This document shows, one piece after another, positions 49,401-58,400 of a stretch of 64,000 bases of DNA; positions within the stretch are counted from its first letter, which is position 1, and every line of letters begins with the position of its first letter. Position numbers and translations under genes: made by a program. Source of the stretch: Phoronis australis (taxonomy: Eukaryota; Animalia; Phoronida). The notes beneath the pieces were generated by a model, which did not search any database, had not been told where the DNA came from, and saw only the letters and a program-made list of their open reading frames with translations. Where the stretch lies: assembly GCA_002633005.1 (NCBI GenBank), contig NMRA01000609.1:185354-249353 (forward strand), given 5' to 3'.

Positions 49401-52400
49401 CTTGAAAGGTTTGTTCAATCAAAAATCATGATCACAGAGTCACCATTAAATAGCTGTTCAAACCAAGTAACTTGATTAATATCTAAGAGAAGTTTAAATC
49501 AGCATTATTCCAAAATCTTTGTTAATGTAACTATTATGTTTACTATTATTACTACTACTGGTGTTGTTGTAGTTGTTATTATCGCTGTTATTGTACCTAC
49601 CATCTGGTTGTCTCTCCGGATTGGCTAGTAGCAGCGATGCGATATCGAGACCAAACACACGGTAGTTGATCTGAAGTGAAAAAACACGTAAAAAGATAAA
49701 CCAAAAACATGTCCAACCTGAATGAGTTTAAAACTATTCAAAAATAGATTCAGCCACTAAAAATCATTGTCAGACAAATTCCAGTAGACCAACATGGGGA
49801 TTTTGAGGTCAGAGAAAAATGTTCTCGCCAAAAATGGATTCCGAAGGCAAATTCACAATTTCACCGTTTAAGTCAAGTTTGAGAGAACTTAAAAAATAAA
49901 ATTAAATAGGGTATAACATACAACACATCCAAGAACAAAACGGGGAGCATATCTTACTTTAGAGGAGGTAATATGGCCTGGTAGAATGAGTGACCCCTTC
50001 TCTTAGCCAAGGTCGTGCGTGCAAGACCCACAAGGGTACACTCAGCTAGACCCTTGAGTCAGGCCTCTAGCTCCTTATCTCCCCTTTATCTCTTATTAAT
50101 AAAGCAAAAAAATTAGTTCCAGGCGATCAGTGCAATGGGGTCACCTAAGTAACCTGCAATTATTTTTTAAACTTTACCTTAGCATTCCGTGAATAAGTGT
50201 GGATCCACTCTATAAGCTTAGCGTATACAGAATTGTTCAACTTCATCATCAAATCAACCACGGCCTGCAAGTATAGATTGAGAAATTAAAAATCATCCAA
50301 TCCAAGATTCCAAATCATACTACGAATAAACAATAAGCGAAAAGTATTCAAACAAAACAATGCAAAATTCCCCGCCATGACAGTTGGGCAGAAGCCGAAT
50401 TTAACGTCAGAGTAGTCTTCCCTCATGACCGAGAACGGAGGGGAATCAACAGGAAAGTTATAAAGGTGGCTAAGTTAATCTCTAACTAGAATTCTACCAT
50501 CCTAATAGTAATTACCAGTCATTTTTGCTGTTAACAGACCTAGGCCTCATGATGGGAGAACAGTATTTCGTCTGATAACTTTTGATACTGTACATCTTTG
50601 CAAAAACAACAACGCTGTTAACCTCGCTAACCTTTAAAGGTTTAGAATAAGTTTGAAGGGTTTACAGAGTGAGCACGCACTCACAACACTTTGGGTAAGA
50701 CAATCAGCCGTTGTTAGTAAACCATTTTAGCGAAACGTCATTGTTAATTTTTACCAGATTAGAACTCACAATAATTTTCAATCACTAGAATTGGAATTTT
50801 TTGTAAATGAATTCCAGTTAATTATGCAGGGAATGCCTTTTCACAATAAATAAAAGTGGCGTTTGGTCCTATTCAACTGTGGCAAGCCAGGTTGTTAGTG
50901 CATCGATAGAAATCCAAGAATTAAATGTTAAAAATGAGCTCACATTATGTCACATCTGGAATGACAATGTTACTCACTTCAGCAGTTCTATACAGTGTTT
51001 GTCTGGGTCATTTGACTACTGGAAATTTTAACTAAAATTAGAAAGTTTAACTAAATATGAAACTACAGTACATAATACAAGCAATCGGAAGGCTATACTA
51101 ATAAAAGGAAACTGGGATCTTAGATAAAATATTGAATTAATGTGTGACAATTTTGTTGATTATATTTTGAATGGTACATGGGAATTGTTTAAGACTAGCA
51201 CGTATACAGACTGGGAACAAATCATTCCAGTTTGTGAAGTTTTAAGAATTTTGTTGTAACGTACACCGATCGTGTGCTTTTCAAATTTGGCAGAAGTTTA
51301 GTTATAGCTTATCGCTTATCACGTCTGATATCGGCCAGTCAAACACTTGCGTAACTGCAATTGACCAAATCCGCACAATTTGTGGGTGAAAACGTCCCAA
51401 AACATTTTGTGAGACATTTTTATAAAACAAAGAACAGAATTTAATTGATGATTTTGTAACCAAATGAAAACGTCATGAGAGCATGTCACGTGACAGTACC
51501 TGTGCTACCCTCTGGCGGGACTCTGCCCTATCAGGACATCGTACACAAAGGTGTTGGACCAGTATTCTTATACTCTGTAAAACATTGTCGCCAAGTTCGT
51601 GTAGTAGGTGGCTGCAAAAGGAAATACCACAAGGTGACGAAAAAAAAACAACACTTCTAATGCATTTAAGTCAGAAACAAAGAATGGAGATTCCCAAAAT
51701 ATATCAAATCATTTACAAAAGAAATTAAATGATTAGCAAACCTTTTCCCAAAAATTTGCTGGAAACAATAGTTTGTTGAATTTTGTATTACCATCTCATT
51801 TGTAACGTGACTCACCAACAAAAAGCAACAGCGACATCCTTTATGAGTTGAGACTCCTTTGTTATAGCTTGAGACGACTGTTTGGTATCTCCCATTAAAA
51901 TATTCGTTAAAAGGTATTTAAACACCTGAAAAGGAAAGCATAAATTAACCATTTCAAATGCAATATACTGCTGTTTTCAAAATACACAACTTTTCAGAAG
52001 CAACAAGTTTTCGCAGATTTACGCATGAGGCGAACCTGATGAAAATTGTTTCTCCACAGTTTTGTTTGCAACAAGAGCTGCTGTTTACAGCAGTTCATAA
52101 TCACATTTTTAACATATTGATTTATGTTTATAATCCTTTTGACTTATTTATTCGTGTAATTGTATACAGTACTTTATTTATTTTCAAGCACATGTAAATG
52201 CAATTGAACACCTCTCTTTGCGTATCAATTTTACGAGCCCTCTTGGAAATCAATGGATTCATCGATTCAGAAGTGGTCAAACAGCCTTTTAAACCAGTTT
52301 AAATAAATATATTCCTCTCCAAACACAAAACAGCATACCACAAATTGTTCAATGCTGACGATTGTCATAGTCTGTAATACAGTGCCATAACTTCAATCAG

Positions 52401-55400
52401 ACTAATCAAGTTCGAAAATGATGAATGCAAATGTGCAGAAAACATGTCTTTATTGAAAAGTTTTAGTTACTTCCATTTCAAAAAACAGTGCAGAGGAAAT
52501 TATAGTATCCAGACTGGGAGAGTCTTTAAAATTTGGGACACATTGAAATTCAGGGAATTTTCTTGATTCTGAAGTGTGAAACATTGGTGATTTGGGCATA
52601 CATCATATTTTATAAATATCTGACACTACGTTTTGTATTAACATAGTCTGAAAATAAAGTCAGTAGTGGATAAAACTGTCACTGACGCAATATGAGTTCC
52701 TGCCGGATGAAACATCGAAGTGAATGATCGTTTGTCCTTGATCATAATTCTTGAATTTGGGACGGCCAATATTGCCTACTTCTAAACTTTGATACAAGCT
52801 CTGACCTTCAGCAAAATAATCAATTTTTCACTGTCCCAAACTGGAGTATTTTTATCGTAAACAACCCATGGCAAAGAATTGCTTCTATTCAGCTTACATG
52901 CTCAGTAACAATTTTTTAAAATGACATACCATGGTTGTCATAGATGTAACATCGCCGTGGAAACCAGCACATATGTAGTACAATCCCTACAAAACGGAAA
53001 CCATCCTCATCAACTGATAGTCATAACAACGGTATATGGGTAATAGTCAATTACAGAGGTCACGGATTTTGAGAACCAGTTTGATGCCCATTATCCAATG
53101 AAGAAAAGCTGGTTCTCAAAATGTTGGATGCTGTAAATGATTATTACTGATACATCAGTCTAGTGTATCTGACATGAGAAATTGACTGCAAATGAGCTCT
53201 ATAGTTTCGCAACTGTGATAGCCTTGACACGAGCATCTATGATACCTGTGCAAAACATTTCACCAACTTTTAATTTACAAAATGGAATTGAGATCAGGTT
53301 CAGCAAAGGAATAGAACTGCCAAATCAGATGTTAAAGTACTGAAATACAAACCCGATATGCCAACTGGGAAATGGTTTTCAGAGAACGGACATCACTGTA
53401 ACAAACGAAAAATTAATAAAGTTAGAAATTATTAGCAAATTTCATTTAATGTCTGCATAAGGTTCCCAGTCCTTCTTGAATCATCACGCAAACTATAAAA
53501 TAATTTAAGTAAAATTGGTAAGTAAATACAGTACAAAAGACAAAAGTAATCAGACAAAATACTGTTTCCTCGTTATGAATGCTAATTCTGTTAATAACTA
53601 TGATTGACATTAAATATAAGAATGACAAAATTCTAATTTCAGAATGCCATAGCAACATTACTAACTTTCCTGTTCACTTCTAACTGACCTATGGCCAGGA
53701 TTTTGAGTGACGGCTCAACTGACCAATCAGAACACAGCATTCTTGACACACCTTCGTTTCCAAGCAGCCATTTTACCCAACAAACAACACATTGCAAGGT
53801 AAAACATATTGTTTGTTTGTCGAGTTTTCGCAAGGGGGTGGAGCTTGCGATAGGTCAAATCTCAGTAACGAGGGAAGACTATTCTGACATCATCACTTCT
53901 GGGTCATTTTGTCTTTCGAATACTTTTAGCTGTTACTGCACTTTTCTAGTTTGTACTGCGATCAAATGGAGCTTATTAATCAAATTTGCTTTATCTTGGT
54001 CTGAAGTTTCAGTTCTTTATCACCTTTAAGTAGTAACACACTCATTAAGACAGTAAAAGGGTTAAAGTGGAACCTTTTTGAGTCAAAGTCCACCGTACAC
54101 TGGTCAAGGGTCGTAAGTTCCATTAAAACTTCGACAACGTGCTGGGATGAAGACGGCGACACCTTCAGGCTGTATACGTGCAGCATGCGTACGTAACCCT
54201 GACAACAAGAACGAACCACCTCATAAATCAGCGGAAGTGTCGCAAAGTAAATGAGAATAGTTTCAATAATCATGTTGCATATACAATAATATACGATAAT
54301 TCTCTACTCATCCATACAAAATTAAGCACCAAACTCGGCAATTTTCAATGGCAGAATACCTTGCTACAAACAATGGGAACATTATAACATGTTATTTTAT
54401 GACATCTACACAGTACAACCCATGCTAGTGAGCCACTGAAACATTGTTTAGTCTTTACAAGGCTCAGAATGACCAACCATAAAAAAAGGCTTGCGTCATA
54501 CCAATATTTTTTGTGTTGTAAAATTTAAGTGAAATAAACATTTTTGCATGAATAAAGTTACTATGATGATAAAAACTACGATGTAAAAGAGGAAACTGGA
54601 AAACAAGAGAAAATACTTTAGATGAAAATTCCAAGCCCTGCTTTATCGTTTCTTCATAGAAATTTCATAAAAATAAAATATCACTAACTTGTCACCATGT
54701 TGTACACCAAATAGGTGCAGAAATGGCATACTTTGCAAGACAGATATTTCGTTCTACGCTTCAGTAAACCAAGTAACACTATCGTTTGCATTATTAAATG
54801 GTTTACAAAAGTACATCCACATGTATTTTTGGGTACTACGCAGGCAGATAAAAGATGCGCCATTTTCTGAATGTGCACCATGGGATTTACAGCCAGAAAT
54901 TCGCCGATTCATATAATTTCAAATTGCACCCGTTATCCTCCTAGGTAATTACGTACCTTTAAGAAAGACATGAACCGCTGCTGTAGCTTTACTACTTCCT
55001 GTTGCGTCAAATCACATCCGTCGTCTTCATCACTGCTGTCAAATTCCTGAAACATTCGGCAAAAGTAATTCACAGCACAACAGACACTCACAACCTTTCA
55101 AAACTGGGAACATCCATCATTTTAAGGTCCAAACGCACCTGCACTTTGACATCAACAACATTTTTCTTTTGAAGTAGACCACTAAAAATGGTTTCAGTTT
55201 GTTACATACCAAGCTCCAATTAGGCCAAAAAATGATTGTGGTCTGCACCTGACTCATTTTGTAAAGGAAAATTTTCAAACCGACTTTATAAGAGCTGAAA
55301 GCATGATTCAGTTTTAATTTTTAGCCAGCTAAACAGGAAGAATGCAGCTTTTTAAATTAATTAAGAATGGGCTTCAAAAGGCAGGTGGCGCTATTTCGAG

Positions 55401-58400
55401 ACACATTTAACCCACTTTGTCCAGTCGAAAATCACACACCACAGTTCATATCAGGCAAGTTTTTAAAAGTACAACTACTGCTAAATACCCTGCTTCGGTA
55501 CTAAAAAAATGACTGGCTTAAAAATTTTACTCAAGACTTCCAGCGAGTGTGTTACTCATGAACATAACCAAATGCAATACAGGCTCTAGAGACACAGTGA
55601 AGTATCCATTAAGGTTTCATACTCAGTTTCCACATGTCAACATCTCAACGTTGGTTCCAGTCAACAACTACCTCACTAAGATCCACTTGCTTTCCACGGT
55701 TCTTCTTCCGTGGGCCTTGGCTGTGCGTAGTTGGTTTTCTTTTCCTTTTTGAAGCACCTGAAAGAATTAGAAACAATCAATTGACAAAAGTTTCCGTGCA
55801 CCTGCTGCTTGCTGTTCAGTCATCTCCACCAACAGATACATAAACACGCACATTACAAGCCAAAAGTATTCAGACAAAATGACCCAGAATTCCCTGTCAT
55901 GATGGCTGGGAGAAGCTGAATTCGTCGTCAGAGTAGTCTCCCCTGATGACAGAGAATGAAGGAGAATGAACAGGAAAGTCAATATGGTGGCTATGGTAAT
56001 TGGTCTTAACAGAATGAGCAACCACAATGGAAAAGCGGTGGTTTGTCTGATTACTTTGTTTAGTATGTACTGTATTAATGCAGAGACAGTCTGAAGACAG
56101 AAGAACATTTTGAAGAAATGACCTTTGAGTGGTATGAATAGACTTACGCATTTAGACAAAATTGGCAACAGAATTCATTAAACGCACGACAGCGTTGTCG
56201 GTTGGCTATGTTCACACACACTCGCTAAAACTCTGTGTATATTTGTCGACCATCTGCATGACAACAAAAGAGATGATCGCCAAGAGACATGCTGTTGTCC
56301 CGCGAATGATCGACAAACATGCAGAGAGTTGGAGCACGTATATACGGGAATCATCAACCGAAAACGATCGTGTGTTTAATGAATTCCATCTTCAAGAGGG
56401 CCCGCTGCCAAATTATTCAGTTAGACAAACTGTTTGCACAAAATGGAGGAAGGATTTCAATTGGTCTCCTGAACTCGCTTTTCACAAAAATAGGGATAAA
56501 AAAATTAAATGTTGCTTGACGAAAGACTCCATCTTTAAAAATACACTATGACACCTCCCACGCCCCTGTTAAGACTGACCGAAAATCCCAGTGAGTTTCA
56601 GGGTGTCGGTGGCCTTTTGGAACAGCAACGGATGAAATACTTTGAAAGCCCCACTTCCCGGCAGCAGGATTAAAGTCGCGTAGATATGGGCGGCAAGCAG
56701 GGCACTTTCCTTCTCCAACGCATTACTTGTGATCTGAAGCGAGAAAACACAAATCTGCACAAAGTAATCTCATTTATTTGCGCTCATTATACAACAAGAA
56801 TTGATCATTTCAGGACAAAAAATAGTTCATATACATGTTCCAAGAGACCCTGGTTTTCCATTTTCAAAAATACAAAATTATGTTTTACCAAATACAAAAT
56901 TACGTTTTTTACGCTTGGTAAATTAGCAGCAAGATCTGTTTTACTAATTAACATAATAATTAACATAATAAATAACACAAAAATGATCTGGGGATTCCTT
57001 TACTTTTCTGCAGAATTATGCCACAACTCTGTTTTATTGGTAACTTCCTGCGCACCGGACTTATTGTTTCTCAAAACCAGAAAAAGAACAGTGCCACCTC
57101 CACTATCAATGAACAAATACATGTACTTGAGCAAGTCTGCTGCAAAATGATTGTCGATCGATTTGTGGTCAGAAAAATGTATCGTGTTCTCAAGTATGGC
57201 TAATTAATAACCAAAATGTTAGAATCATGGAATCTACAAATGACTGTAAATTCCATTGGAAATCTCTGATACCTTAATTCCGTAAGTTTTCCGTTATCAC
57301 GGAAATCCAGGGCTTACATGACATGGAATGCTCTGACAGCTACAAAAGGGGAGACTAAAACACAGGGAAAAACTGTTCATGTGAGCCATGTTTTCAAGAA
57401 ACAGATCAGTTGACTATATTACTGGCATGTGAACCGGATATTAACTCAGCAGCAGCGTGAAAAATAACCCGCCGTGACAAGACTTGTAGAGCCTAGTCGC
57501 TAACAGTAACAAATTATCAATTCTTTCCAAGTCCATAAATCCTCATTAGGCTGAGTGAAAACTATTTCATGCTAAAATGGTCCATATCACAGGTAACTTG
57601 ACTGAGGAATAACTAGAGAATAATTTCGTAACAGAAATGGTCTAGGTCGGAAGTCATCGCTTGTGATGGAAGGAACCGTTCTGGAAACAACAAGATAACA
57701 GTACCTTTGAACCAGTGTCCAAGATGTAGCATAAATACGCGATTAGGTTCTTGTGCGGCAAGTCATTTTCAACCAGAACTGTCCAAAAGCTTTCCTCACT
57801 AGCTCTCCCTTCTTCGCTAGCCCAGCCTTCCAGCATCTTCAGAATGTGGCACAGCTCAGTATTTAGTGAAGCATTACGAAGACATTCGTGGTCATCAGAC
57901 ATTGAAACAGGCAGTAGCTCAGTGAAGTCAGACTCCCAGACATCTTTCACCCAGTCTGCAACAAACGGCTATTTTTATGATAATAGAACAGATTCAAAAT
58001 GACATAAGGGACCTTCATAGAAAGGACGCATCATCTGATTCTCACGGTTGCCATGGCCTTCAGTGGCACTGGAAACTGGGGAGTGAGGTGAGGATGAAAT
58101 GAGCGTTTACCGGAGAGATTTTTACTTCTGCAATAAACAGGGGCATGGCTATAGACAGTATCACGATCTCAACTGGTCGCAGTAGAGACACTGGCCATTC
58201 CATAGGCCCTCCATACAAAGAAAGGTTTTTCAGCAAATTATGCCTCACACTGATCAAATCAATATTGTTGCTAAGTACCTTTTGCCTACAGAAGCACACC
58301 TTAGCAATTCTTTCCAACTTAAATCAATACTCATATCTCTTGGCGACGAATTCCAACTCCACTTTTTTAGTTGCCGTTAACTTTTTCACCATGCATGCGA

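Noticed and set aside
58278-58335. Another possible NCAPD3 first exon ([18 protein letters not shown])
   Set aside because: Donor is phase 2, incompatible with phase-1 exon 2
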